NCBI RefSeq assembly: GCF_009914755.1
Contig: NC_060926.1
Reading direction: 5' to 3' (one strand)
Source: the human T2T-CHM13v2.0 reference genome, Homo sapiens
DNA length: 64,000 bases
Numbering within the stretch: position 1 is the first letter of the stretch; each line of letters begins with the position of its first letter. Below the pieces are notes generated by a model that worked only from the letters and a program-made list of their open reading frames with translations, was not told where the DNA came from and searched no databases. Below are positions 14,135 to 27,855 of the stretch, in pieces. The translations under genes and the position numbers were made by a program.

Positions 14135-15560
14135 TAGCCCTGTCTCAGAACTCACTTCTGAATTTCTCACTCAAACTCAACATTTCCAAAACCAAACTTC
14201 TGGTCTTTTCCCACATACCTGTTCTTTCTGGAGTCTTATCAATCTTGTCAGTAACAATTTTGTTTTTCCAATTGCTCAGGTCAAAACACTTGAAGTCATG
14301 CTTGACTTCTCTATTATATTCTTTGTCCAATCTGTTAGAAAATCCTGTTGTCAGAACCTTTAATATGTTCAAAATCCACCACTCTATCTTCATTCCCTTT
14401 GCTACCAATCTGTAACTGGCCACCATCGCTTACTCAATTACTGCAATAGCCTCCCAATGGGTCTCCTTCTCCTTGACCTTCTAAGGACAATTCTCAACAC
14501 AGGATCTGAGTTATCCATTCACTAGGTAGTTTCAAATCATCTATTGAGTTCCCCTATTATTCAAGAGAATACTCTCAATTCCTTACAATAATCTACAAAA
14601 TCCTGTATGACCTGGCCACTTGCTGCCTCTCTGACCCATTGTCTCATTCCTCTCCTTCTCATTCACTGCTCCAGCCAAACTGCTGGGATTTAACTAATAT
14701 TTTGCCTTTTTAGTGAGGCCTTCCCTGACAATCTTTTTTTTTTAATAGTATGATTCTTTATTTTGTAAAACAAGCCTCCACTCCTCCAAAAAAACCTTTT
14801 TCATAACAATTTGTATTTTCCAGGGCCAGGGCCAAGGCTAAGGCTAGGATGAGATGAATGAGGGAGAACAAGAGAATTTACCTAAGGATTAAAATTTAAG
14901 AAATCTGGCAATCTTATTTAAAACTGCAGTCTACTCACCCATCATCTAATACTTCCTAGCCCTGTCCCTGCATGTTCTCTTTCATGGCATGTATCATTAC
15001 CTGACATATTATGTATTTTACCCACTTATTTATTGTATTAGGCCATTCTTGCATTGCTATAAAGAAATACCTGACACTGGGAAATTTATAAAGAAAAGAG
15101 GTTTAATTGGCTCATGGTTCTGTAGCCTATACAGGTAGCATGGTGCTAGCAATTGCTTGGCTTCTGGTGAGGTCTCAGAAAGCTTTCACTCATGGCGGAA
15201 GGCAAAGGGGGAGCCAGCATCTCACATGGCAAGAACTGGAGCAAGAGGAGGGAGAGCCACCAATGTTTAACCAACCAAATATGGTCATTTGGGTCATGAG
15301 GGTGGATGCCTTATGGTTTGGTGCTGTCCTTGTAAACTCACTATCACAGGGAGCATCAAGCCATAAATAATCCACCCCCATGATCCAAATACCTCCTACC
15401 AAGCCCCACCTCCAACACTGGGGATTACATTTCAACATGAGATTTAGGCAGGGGCAAATATACAAACTTCTGTTTTTTTGGTCTGTTTTGTCCTTTGCCA
15501 TATTCCTAGCTAAGTGCTTGGCATGTAGTACTCAGTAATTAATTGTGGAGTAAATAAAAA
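14135..15560 (+). mobile_element. L2 LINE 3' remnant, interrupted by an MST LTR
   Basis: ctcaaactcaacatttccaaaacc...gctcaggtcaaaacacttgaagtcatgcttgac, with the L2 end gtgcttggcatgtagtactcagtaattaattgtggagtaaat. Confidence 0.75.
15034..15468 (-). mobile_element. MST (ERVL-MaLR) solo LTR
   Basis: tgtattaggccattcttgcattgctataaagaaatacctga...aagaaaagaggtttaattggctca...ggggattacatttcaacatgagattt. Confidence 0.88.
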
Positions 15561-15937
15561 TTACTCCTTGACATTTTCATGAATTTTATTACCTAGAATA
15601 TGGTCAATTTATATAAATGTTTATTCATGGGAAAAAAGTATAGTCTCCACTTGTTGGACTCTACACATGTCCATTAAATCAAGATTTCAATTATACAGTA
15701 TTGTTCAAATCTCCTATTTCCTGACACTTTGTTTGCTTAATCTATCAATTACTAAATGAAAGGAGTTAAAATTCTTTAACTATTGACAGTGGACTTTTGT
15801 GTACACTGAAGCTATGTTACACACATTTAGAATTGTTTTATCTTCCCAGAGAATTGATTTTTCTGTCAATATTGATCTCTAGTAATCTCTACTAATGATT
15901 TTGCTTTAAAGACTATTTGTATTACATTACCAATATA

Positions 15938-16250
<313 letters not shown>

Positions 16251-16339
16251 CCCATTACTACTATATTAGCCCTCTTTGGAGTATTTATCTGGTATAAACT
16301 TTTTTATATTCTCTGACATTTAAATTTTCTTTGTTTTCA

Positions 16340-16657
16340 TTTTTTTGTTGTTTTTTTTTTTTTTCTTTTAAATGACATACGGTCTTGCTCTGTTGCCCAG
16401 TGCAATTGCAGGAACAAGGCTCACTGCAGACTTGAACACCCAGGCTCAAGCAATCCTCCCATCTCAGCCTTCCAAGTAGCTGGGACTACAGGCGTGTGCC
16501 ACCATGCGCCCGGCTAATTTTTTAAAAAACGTTTTGTAGAGACGGGGTCTCACTGTGTTGCTTTTGCTGGTCTCAAATTCCTGGGCTGAAGCGATTCTCC
16601 TGCCTTGGCCTCCCATAAATGCTGGGATTACAGGTGTGAGCCAAAGCACCCAGCCAC
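16340..16657 (-). mobile_element. AluJ SINE
   Basis: T-tail, then ggtcttgctctgttgccc...gctgggattacaggtgtgagcc. Confidence 0.9.
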
Positions 16658-19600
16658 CTTCTCTGTTTTAGATGTCTTTAAAAAAAAAAAAAAAACTGAG
16701 GAAAAAAATCTGTTTTACATTAACAATGATTATTGAGTTTTTGATTCATTGCTAGTATCTCATTGTGTGTTTTCTATTTTCCATCTTTTTTCCCATGTTT
16801 CTTCCCCTGCATGCTCCACTTACCCCTAATTCTTGCCATCTTTGGGGTTAATTTTTTTTCTTTATCCAACATTTTCCCTCTCCTTCCTTGAAAATTATAT
16901 ACTCTATTTCTTTCCTTTTAGTGATTACCCTAGAAATTCTGTATTTCACTTACTAAAATCTAGAATGAATATCTTTATCTTCCTCTTGAAAAGTATAAGG
17001 ACCTTAGAATGCTTTAACTCTCTTCACTCCTCTTCTGATTTATATGTTGTTATTGTCCAAGATTTTATTTTAATTTTTAACCCCCTGAATTAGACATTAG
17101 TGTATATGCTTTATATGATCAATTTTTGTTTAGGTTTCCACAAGTTTATGATTTTTTTTTTTTTTTTGTCTACCATTCCTTTCTGCATCTCATGACTTCC
17201 TTCATTCCAGTTCTCTCAGGAAGGATGCTGTCCCATTCAAGGGTTCTAGATTTATGTATGGATGTCTGATACAACCTCCCATTCTGCATGAGCTCTCAGT
17301 TATGTCTCCTATCCTCTGAGTACACAACCTTTGTAAACCAAGCACCTATCTTACTGTGAGCCAGAGGATGCCCTCCAGGAGAACGTTGAGTTTGCTTACT
17401 CTTGTGGAATCAAGCATCCTTATCATTTCAGCCTGTTTCCCTTACTTTACTGCCAGCTCAACCATGCTTTCAATAAATATTTTGAATATATTATCTAGCA
17501 TTTTTGGATGATCTGACCAGGAGATTTTCTCTAAAAATCATTCTATCTTGTTGCCTTGAATGTTCTTAGGTTAACTTTTTTAGTATTCATGTTCTTTAAA
17601 ATGATTTCATACAAATGTTGTATTTACTATATATGCTCTATCAGCGAAAAGTATAACTGAAAAAGCCATGTATACATGGAATTGCTTAAGAACTGTTTTA
17701 GTCACAAAATGATTTTTGTTTTGCCTATCATATATATTTTACATAAGCTAAAAGCCATTTCCAAAAGACTGCCCTTTTTTTCTGAATTCTAAGTGTAAAT
17801 ATTGACTCCAGTATATTATCCGCAACATCTTACTGTAAAAATTTCCAACATAGAGCAAAGTTAAAAGATTATCTACCACATGTATTCTGACTTTATCGTT
17901 TTACAATATTGCTTATCACATATTTACCTATCTCTCTGTTTCCATCAATTCATATTACTTTTTGTTGTTACATTACAAAGGAAAATGCAGACATCAATAC
18001 ATTACCCCACCAATATTTCATAACCAAAAAATTTTATTTCTAGGCAATAAATCTCAAATTCCCCAAGTTTTGCTTAATATTTTTATAAGCATTTAAAAAG
18101 CACAACTCTCTGTGCCACAATCACATAACACTATTTGAGTCAGAAAACAACAGTCTCACAGTTAAGAAGGGGGAAAAGTTAAAAATAAATTATTAACTCT
18201 TTATAATACATTATATTTCCATGTTAGTAATAAGCTTCATATGTGGCACATTCATTTGAAATGTTTGCCCTTTCATTTCATCAATATTTAGGGGTTCCTA
18301 CTATAGTTTCTATTTGTTTATGATGAAAAGCTCTCATTTGCCATCATTTCCCTGTTCAGTACTTGTGGAAGACTATTCAATTTCATGGAGGCAGCTGACT
18401 AATTACCTTTTAAACTTAGTTTAGGCAAAGTTGCATTTACCTTCTGTAGGTAAGTGTCTTCCAGTTTAATGATTTTATAAATTAGATTCTATCATCTCTT
18501 TAAAATTTTATTATAATAAATACTTTATTAGCTACCATATCAAGACTGTGCTTCTACTGTTTTCCTATCTTTAACGTTAGGAGCTTAATTTACATTTCTA
18601 GGGAGCATTTCTTTATGAAAATTGATCACTTTGAATGCATACAAAAAGATTAGAAGTGAATTTTAAAGTTTAGATTTGTTTGGATTTGGAAAAAGGCTTT
18701 CAGATAATTTTTTATATTTGTTAAAGACAAAAAAGACCAAAAAGTGTAAAGCAATGTCTATAGAATTCCTCTCCTCTCAAGACAAAAATAAAATTGTATA
18801 TAAAACATTTATTTTAATAATCTACATGGTATACTTGTCTATTATCACAAATTCATACCATGACCTTACCCTTCATATGCTAGATGAAATTAAAATCAAT
18901 GTAGTATTTTACTCTTTATCAAAATAATCCAATCCAGATTCAGGCAATCTGAGTTCCATGTGAGTAATTTTAGGCACACCCCTAATCTCTGTGGGGCAAC
19001 TTTTCCTCATCTTTAATTTAAAATTCCCTATGATGGTCTTTACTGTTTAGGGATATTCCATTGTCTAATATGGTTTCTTTTTTCAGAGTATTAAAATATT
19101 GACTAGCCAAAGGACAGGGAGTAATGTAATTCTAGCACTTCACAAATACAAAAAGGTATTTGGCCTGTTTCTCTTCCCCTGAGCATGAGAACTTCTTGGT
19201 AGCACATTAAACAAAAGAATGGTTCCAACTTAAGCTATCTCATTTAATTTCTTCAAAACTTTTGTTTCTTTTTTCATAATACTGTATAGCCTACTATCAA
19301 AAGAAGAACTAATAAAACACTCATTATAATTGAAACAGTAGCAAAGTATGCAAAAGAAGAAACATGAAAAAGCTAGTATGCCCCAAGGGAAAACATCCAG
19401 TTCCAGATGTAACCACATAGAAAAACTGGAGAATAATAATTTTGATAACAATAATAGTGACCTTATCAAAGTATGTCCAAAAAATAATTAGAAAACCATT
19501 TGAGAAAAACCAATGAACAAAAAATTCACATTAGTAGAATAGAGCATCCTAGAGCCAGCAGGATGGTTACAAATATGATGCTTATGTGAAAACTAAATCA

Positions 19601-20199
19601 CTGCATAAAATCTCAGAGGCCAGAGACAATGAGGACACAAAGAATAGGCTTCCAAAACTTCTGTTTCATTCACTTTCATCTTTTTGGGCTCTTTAGGCAG
19701 GAGGAGAATTCATTAATTTTCCCCAGAAACAGAGAAACAAATATTAGCAATAAGAGCAAAGAACAAAGCTCTAAGTCCAAATAAATGTGACATTAACCCC
19801 AGCACTTTTACCATGTGTTCATTCATAGAAGACAGCCTCATTTATATGAAGAGTCCTGGAATATGCTAATGTCATTCAGATGAAAAGGCAAGATTCAATT
19901 ACATATCATAACCCTTGCAATATTTTAATGTTTCTCAGCTTCTAAAATTGCTGTTTTCCAGAGGCTTCACTGCTTGGTAGACTTCAAAATGCCACTTTAT
20001 ATATAAAAATCTAATGATAGAACATGAATATCTACACAACAACACAAATTCTCAAATCTTGACCAATCTGAAGTTTCCCCCTTCTTTTTGGCAGTTAAAA
20101 ATAGTTACCAAACAGTCTACTCTTAAGTGAATAAAAATTTCCAGGTATTTTATAAGCTAGGATCTAAAAAATATACAATCAATAATAGATAAATGGTTT

Positions 20200-20420
20200 T
20201 AAGGGAAGAGTAAGGAACAGGGAATCAAAATCAGTTCAAAGATGTGACACCACCAATAACTTGTTATTTGATCTAAGCAAGACACTTATCTATGCCTCAG
20301 TTTACTCACTTGTCAAATGATACTACTACTTTAACAGGAGTTTCTGAGAAAAAAATAAGAGAATATACATCAAAGCCCTTGAAAGAGTGAAAAGCACTAT
20401 AACAGATTATATTATTAGTA
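20200..20420 (+). mobile_element. MIR SINE
   Basis: ctatgcctcagtttactcacttgtcaaatg. Confidence 0.6.
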
Positions 20421-21478
20421 AAATTAAAAGTCTAAAATCAACTCCTTGATGTAATCCTCCTTTTTGGTACACAGTTGAAAATTCTGTTACTTTCCATTGT
20501 ATAACATGTCATATATAAAAGAATACTATACATATATGTATACATATATGCAAACATACACAGACATACATATGTATATGTATGTGTATATATACACAGT
20601 TTAAAAATAATTTTTTATTTTTAATAATTTAATAATTTATTTAATAATTTACTATACCCTGATATTTACCACTCATCTTAAGAAACAGAACATTACTAAT
20701 ACCTTAGAGGCTATTATATGCTTATTTTATCATATTTCTTTTCATTCACTCCAGACTGCTCTAAATTGTGTGCTAATTTTTTTGCTTGCTTTTACTTATA
20801 GTACTGCCACATTTATATATGTATCCCTAAATTATCCATGCATTCATCTTCCTTCTTTCCATCCATTAATCCTGCTTTCTGAACTTCATGTATATATATA
20901 TATACATGCTATTGTATTTTTCCTTTAACTTCTGCAATACTTTTCTTAGAGAAATTTCTTGACATTATTTTTCACATATTTTCTAGGTTAACAAAATTTA
21001 TTATACCCATTTAAAGCAGAGAAAATGGGGTATGGTGAAGCTAGAAACTTGCCACATTATATAAGCAGACAATGGACAAGTTTTTCTACAGTAATTCTTA
21101 AAGAAAAACAAACTAATGACTGTCTCAGAGCTTTACAGAACATTCACATCATTAGCTTCAATTAAAAAGAAAATATTTACTTAGTGCGAGTAGCACAATT
21201 CAGTTAATATTTCTACATTGACTTTACATAGCTTTCATATTAAAGAGGAAGGTATATTAAAAAGTATTGGTTATATAAAACCCCCAAATAATATTCAAAT
21301 ATTTCCTTAAAATGAAAACAATAACAAATTAAATAAGACCAAAAGAAGATGTATATTTCTTTGAGGAGATGGACTGTTAGGAAACACGTAGCCTTACTAT
21401 GGAATATTTTAATTAAAGAGGATGTCTCCTGAAATAAGTAATTAGTCTGACGCTAATCAATCCAAACATATCATTCAC

Positions 21479-21602
21479 CTGAGCAAGTGATGGAAGAATC
21501 TCCTTGCATATTTGCTGATTTGATCTCTATATTCCAATATAGTGGAATCCAGAAGTGGTCTTGTTGGAGCATAGAAGGTTCCAAGGCTTGTCTCAAGCTG
21601 TG
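21479..21602 (-). CDS. WDPCP: WDPCP internal coding exon (124 nt, probably exon 12; phase 1 to 2)
   Basis: Not in the ORF track; translated by hand. Acceptor ttccacag|CACAG and donor CTCAG|gtgaat. Encodes (A)QLETSLGTFYAPTRPLLDSTILEYRDQISKYARRFFHHLL(R), continuing the frame. Confidence 0.95.
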
Positions 21603-23548
21603 CTGTGGAATTCAAACATAGCAGCACTAAAACAAGTGAAAACTCCTTCAATTACAACAAAATACTCATGTTTGCAGTCAGTCAGGTTTTGCAGACTTGG
21701 ATGAAACATGAACTTGTTGCAGGAAAGATGAAATTAAAATATGACAGCTGGTACAAAAACAAACCTGTGTATAAACTTTCACTTGAGGCAAAGCTGACAA
21801 TGACTCTGAGCAACAAAAAGCTGTCAAAACTGAAGAAATCCATAATGAACCAACCTCTCACCACAAATGGGTAATTAAAACAGTGACTCATCAAAGTAAC
21901 ACAGTTTGAACTAGTACTTCCAGTAAAATCAACTCACAGTGTGCTAAACATTTACTGTCTTTGGCTAAAAGGAGAAAACTGACCTTTCTTCATTGGGAAT
22001 TGAAATCGATATAGCAGAAATGTTCTTTAAAATAATACAAATAAACAGGCATATTGGAGTAGAAATATATCTCTATTGCAATTTTAAGACAACCGTGAAA
22101 GTCCCTATATCTTCCCTAAGTCCTGCCCTAAACAGCAAAAGTCTTGGTTTTATCCAAGTGTGAAAACTAAGACCTCCGGGAGAGGAAACAAGGACTGGAG
22201 AGGCAGGTTTTGATAAACTAGAGGGCTAAGATTGGGGGAAAGGGCACATTTTGCCTGTTTCAGAATTTTACCAAGACATGCTCATGGGACTAGGTTTTTT
22301 CCCAGAAATACCTGGAAGTTAAGTAATTACCATAATGGTGAGAGTAAGAGTATGTACGAGAACACTACAGTTCACAGTAAGACTTCTCTGATTTTTATGC
22401 TACTAGCACTGAGTTGAATAAACAATTCCTTATTTAGCAAAACTCTTTAGTTTTAGGCATATTTGGGTTTGAAAGTATTAAATACCTCATCAGAGTAATT
22501 ACTATGGACTTGGCTAAGCTGTTAGTAATTTCTTTTTTTAATCTCAAATCTAGACAGTAAAGTAAGATGAACTTTAGGGGTATTTTCTTTCAAAGCAGCA
22601 GTCAATTTAGATTACAATTGAATACAGCAATGCTATTGTGAAAACAAGCCAGATTCTCTTGCCATTGCTTGTTTTCTTGACAGCATGTTTCGTACATCTG
22701 AAATATTCGAACCTACATGGAATACTCATAACTCCCAGCACAGCTGTAGATTCATTAGATAGCCCAGCTTGATGTTTAAGGCAGAAATGAAGATCTCAAA
22801 GATAACTACAATACGGCTACAAATAAAAGAGCTCACTGGGTTCCACTAATAAAAGGAAAACAAATTACCACGTCAAATTTGTTAGATTCAGATAGAATAA
22901 GTCTCAAGAGAGAAAAAAAATTGTGAATGTTTTAGAAATATGTTTTGTAGTTACTTGGAGGAAAACGCACACACCTACTTAAAATGTACATATTCTGATA
23001 ACCCAGCATCATGCAAAAATTTTATTTTAATAGCCTAGTATCATACAAGCTTTTTATTTCCCTATCTCCCCAATATGGTTCCTTGAAAATATACTTTATT
23101 AAGGCAAGAATCTGATAATGCCCATTTGTGTATTCCCTAATAATCTTTCCTATAACACAGTAATCTTACAAGACAAATTCACTAAGGTGCTAGCAATTTT
23201 TCAGTGTGCTGAGGGTCAATATTTTATCTTTTTCATATTTCTTCTTTAACTGTAAATTTATGATCTCTTATATAAATTGTGTATAACATAAGCATTCTTT
23301 AGGGACCCTGCTTTTTAAAATTTTTTCTTTCATTTTTTTTTTAAGTATACACTCAGTCATTACAGTATATCAATACTAAGAAATAATTAGTTAAGATAAC
23401 CGCAGGCAGCAATATTATAGTAGTACCTTGTACCCTAAAAATTATGGAGTTATACTCTTCTTTTTATTTTTAACTAATACTCATTGAGTACCGAACTAGT
23501 GGGCCATGCACTAGGCATTTTCTCATTGTAAAAATACTGGAATTTCTT

Positions 23549-23830
23549 GGCCAGGCGCAGTACGGGCTCACGCCTGTAATCCCAGCACTTTGGGAGGCTT
23601 AGGCAGGCAGATCACTTGAGGCCAACCTGGGCAACATAGTGAAATCCCTCTACTAAAAATAGAAAAATTAGCTGGGTGTGTGGTGCACATCTGTAATCCC
23701 AGCTACTCAGGAGGCTAAGGCAGGAGAATCGCTTGAACCTGGGAGGCAGGCATTGCAGTGAGAAGAGATCATGCCACTGCATGCCAGCCTGAGCAACAGA
23801 GTGAGACTGTCTCTAAATAAAAAAAGAAAA
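23549..23830 (+). mobile_element. AluS/J SINE with a short internal deletion near the B box
   Basis: ggccaggcgcagt...gatcacttgaggccaacctgggcaac lacks ggagttcgagacc. A-rich tail. Confidence 0.9.
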
Positions 23831-24998
23831 ATATCGGAATTTCCCGAGATAAATTTTGACTACCTCCAAAAAGAACATTTAATTAACATTAAATAAATAT
23901 TTATTGTGGGCCACGTGTGACTTGGGCCAAGACCCACCATACAGACTTCCTGGAAAAGCATGTACTTACTAATTATTCTTCTCTAAAATTACTAAAATGA
24001 AGGTTACCTACAGAATTCTATCCAAACAACTTGTTTATTTTGGCAATGTAATAAAGTGGGATAAGAAAAATCTATAAAAATGCAAAGAAAGTAGAAAAGA
24101 AAAGCTCTTCAAGTAAAGATCTTTTGACATATTTCCTGTTCCTCCTATCTTGTAAATTACCTAGGGACAGTTTCTCATTCACCATGATTTTCCACCATTA
24201 ATGTCAATGCTTACCACAAAGATATGAAAGATGCAAATGTTAGAATGTTTAGGTGCATTGTACATTAAGTAAATAACTTATAAGAAAAATAATACTATTA
24301 GATAATTGGCAAATATAAAGATTTATTTCATTATTGTATGTGTCACAGCATTCCCCACTGCCCCACCCCCTGACCTTAGTTTTTTTACCTTCTCTTTTAA
24401 AATTAAACATCTTAGATATATATCAACAAAATTACTTATTGGGCAAAGGTAAGGAAATCCAAGCAGGCAGAAGAGAGAAGAGTGTTACAACTATAAGTCA
24501 GAATAAGCAAAACAAGAAGGAGCGGCCTGGGCTACAATTCAGATATACAAAAAAAGGAAGTGTTAAGGACTATTGTCTGGACAGAGGACTTCGGTGTGAG
24601 AAAAAAATATTGATATCTAATGTGAGGGAGGAATAAAGACTTTTGTTTGGTGCCCTTTGTCTAGCAGACCCCACGGAGTACATGAAATTTTTGATCAAAG
24701 TTTGAAATCTGAGCATGTTCTGTCTGTGAGCTTAGACTGAATTGTACAATGACTGCACTGTAAGCTCCAACATAAGCATATACAGAAAAGCTGTTCTTTA
24801 TGTTGACAAATACTATACAGTAAGTACTATATGGGAGCAATTATTTGATATCTGATCCTTTCAGTTTTAATAGAGCACTAACATTTTTATCATTTAATCT
24901 CCAATACCATGACTCAAAAACAACCTCAAAAAATAACTCAATAAAATCTATTTCATGTATATACAAAACTCATCTATGAAAAATATTTCAAGTCTGAC

Positions 24999-25187
24999 CT
25001 TCTCTCTCTGGAGTGAGCTTCTGTCTAAGAAGATGGTTTACAATGGCGCTCATGCTGATAAAGCACTGGTGGCCCAGAGTGTCCCAGTTCATGCTGCTCA
25101 GGATGTTTATTGCCTCATAGATCTCATCACAGTGAATGTACTGGAAGATGATGTCTATCAGGCCCAGCTGTCCTCGAGTGAAGACGC
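24999..25187 (-). CDS. WDPCP: WDPCP internal coding exon (189 nt, probably exon 11; phase 1 to 1)
   Basis: Acceptor gtgatag|GCGTC and donor GAAG|gtcaga. Encodes (G)VFTRGQLGLIDIIFQYIHCDEIYEAINILSSMNWDTLGHQCFISMSAIVNHLLRQKLTPERE, in frame with the previous exon. Confidence 0.96.
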
Positions 25188-26524
25188 CTATCACAAAACA
25201 TGGAAAACCAGGTGAATCTTTTAAAATAAAATAGAATAACAAAAAGAGTTAATTTTTCCATAAAGAAAAAAACCTATATTGCTTGCATTAAGTGCTAGAA
25301 ATGTGGGACTGATCTCCTTCTCAACTAATATTTGCTATAACATACACTGATAACAACAAAAACACATCTGTTGATCCTTTTAAAATGAAAGAAAATTCAC
25401 TTTTACTCTTAGGACCAAGAGCATAAAACAAAGATTGGGGGGTGGCATTCTGTTCTGGTTTTATTGTCTTTTAAATATGGCTGACCTCATTTGAAATTAA
25501 TAATTTCTGTGTATTAAATGACAATAAGTACTAGCAAAAAAAAACAAGGTTTTTTGCTTGTTTTATGTAATTTTTTAAATCTTTTCAAAATGGTAGGTTA
25601 CAAAATCTTTTTTTCTTCAATGTTTACTGATTAAAGTCTAAAAAACTTCCTCTCAGTACAAATAATCATGAAAGAAAATGAGAAAATGTATGTGAAATTA
25701 CTTTTAAGCCACAAAGTAGTATAAAATATTACTGTAATTCTTTTTATTACTATCATCATCATCATCATTTAACTGGAATAGTTATAGGCTTCAGGATTTT
25801 AAAAAATGTATTAGTTCATGAGAAAGATGCTAAAATTCTTCATACTAACTTCAAATCACATCAAAATGAAAACTTGTGCTATTAACAGGACTCAACTTGA
25901 TAGGGAATCTGGGGAATTGCCCTGACTATACTAAGCAGTAAAACTTTACTATTCCTTTTGTGTTGGTAAAATCAAAGAATGTGACCGTCCAACAGCCTTC
26001 ATGAGCCTGCAGTCAGGCATTGGAAGTCCTCATAAATCAGGGTGGTTCCTTGGCAGTAGATATTAATTCATAGGAACTTTGCAGGAAACCAAAAATATCT
26101 GAAGTCTGTTGACTCCACCTATACCCTATGTAATACTTCTACTAGTAACAAGAGAAAGAACTCATCTATTGAGAAGAAAAGCTAACATATAATCATAATA
26201 AAATCATTGAAAGGTGATAAAGAGAAAATCTTAAAAGGCAACCACAGGAAAAAAAATACACTGGATGTACAAAAAAGCAAAGATATGAATGATTACAGAT
26301 TTTGCATCTAAAATTATGTAATCCAGAAAACAATAACAAGACATTTTAAAAGTACTGAGAGGTAAAAAAATTAATCTAGAATTCTATACCTTTATAAAAA
26401 TGATCCAAAATTCATGAAGAAAGATAACAATCCTTAAATGCACCTAATAACAGAGCTGTGAAATAATAAAGCAAAAACTGACAGAACTAAAAGGAGAAAA
26501 AGCCAGATCTAAAATTATAATTGG

Positions 26525-26823
26525 TGCCCAGGGGCAGTGGTTCATGCCAGTAATCTGAGCACTATGGAAGGCCAAGGCAGGCAGATCACTTGAGGTCAGG
26601 AGTTCGAGACAGGCATGGCAAACATGGCAAAACAGTCTTTACTAAAAATACAAAAATTAGCCAAGCATGATGGCAGGGGCCAATAATCACAGCTACTCGG
26701 GAGGCTGCAGCAGGAGAATCGCTTGCATCTGGGAGGTGGAGGTTGCGTTGAACCAAGATCACACCACTGCACTCCAGCCTGGGTGACAGAGTGAGACTCT
26801 GTCTCAATCAATCAATCAATCAA
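26525..26823 (+). mobile_element. AluS in old L1, (AATC)n tail, 15-bp TSD
   Basis: TSD taaaattataattgg at 26510-26524 and 26824-26838. Confidence 0.93.
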
Positions 26824-27697
26824 TAAAATTATAATTGGAGATTTCAGCACTTTTAATAATCAAGAGAATATGTAAGCAAAAAATCAGTAAGTATAGGAAA
26901 TACTTGAAAAACACTATCAATGAATTTGACCTAATTGACATTTATAAAACACTGCACCCAACCACAGTAAAATACATTCTTTTTAAGTGCACACATAACA
27001 CAGACCAAGATAGAGCATATTCTGAGTAATATAATGAAGCTACATACATTTAAAAGTTTTAAAATCGTAAGAGCATTTTCTCTGACCACAATAGAATTAA
27101 ATATCAGTAACAGAAAAATTATCTGGAAAATCCCCAAATATTTAGAAGTTAAGCAACATCCTTCTAAATAACCTATGGGTCAAAGAAAAAAATGTCACAA
27201 AGTATATTAGAAAATATTTTTAATTGAATTAAAGTAAGACCCAAAGTAAATGGAAGGAAATAATAAAGACAGTAAATAGTAAATAACAAATATAGAAAAA
27301 TCAATGAATTCAACAGCTTGTTCTTTGAGAAGATCAGTAAAATTGACAAACTTCTGTCTCAGCTGAGAAAAAAAGAGAGATGATACAATTACCAATATAA
27401 GAATGATCACTACAGAACTACTGACATTTAAAATCAGTGAATAATTAGTTTTTATATGAACAAATATAACCTAAATGCAATGGATTCCTTGAAAGACCCA
27501 AACTATCAAAGCTCACTCAAGAAGGAATAAACTTGAATGGCTCTATATTATTTAAGTTTGAAGTCATTGTTAAAAAAACCTTTACACATACACACACACA
27601 CACGTGCACCAATGCACACACATAATTAAACACGACCTGCATGTTAAGATGTCTTCACTGGTGAATTCTCTCAAACATTAACGGAAGAAATAATAAA

Positions 27698-27855
27698 GCC
27701 AGGAACAGTGGCATACACCTATTGTCCCAGCCTCACAGGAGGCTAAGGCGGGAGGACTGCTTGAGCCCAAGAGTTTTAAGTCCAACCTGGGCAAGACAGC
27801 AAGACTGTGTCTCTAAAAAAAAATAGTAATACGTAAAAAAAAAAAATTAACAAAA
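27698..27855 (+). mobile_element. FLAM Alu monomer in old L1
   Basis: Single monomer. Flanking repeat gaagaaataata at 27684-27695 and 27856-27867. Confidence 0.8.

Noticed and set aside
20527-20597. Self-complementary tatacatatatgtata runs
   Set aside because: Degenerate (TA/CA/TG)n microsatellite.
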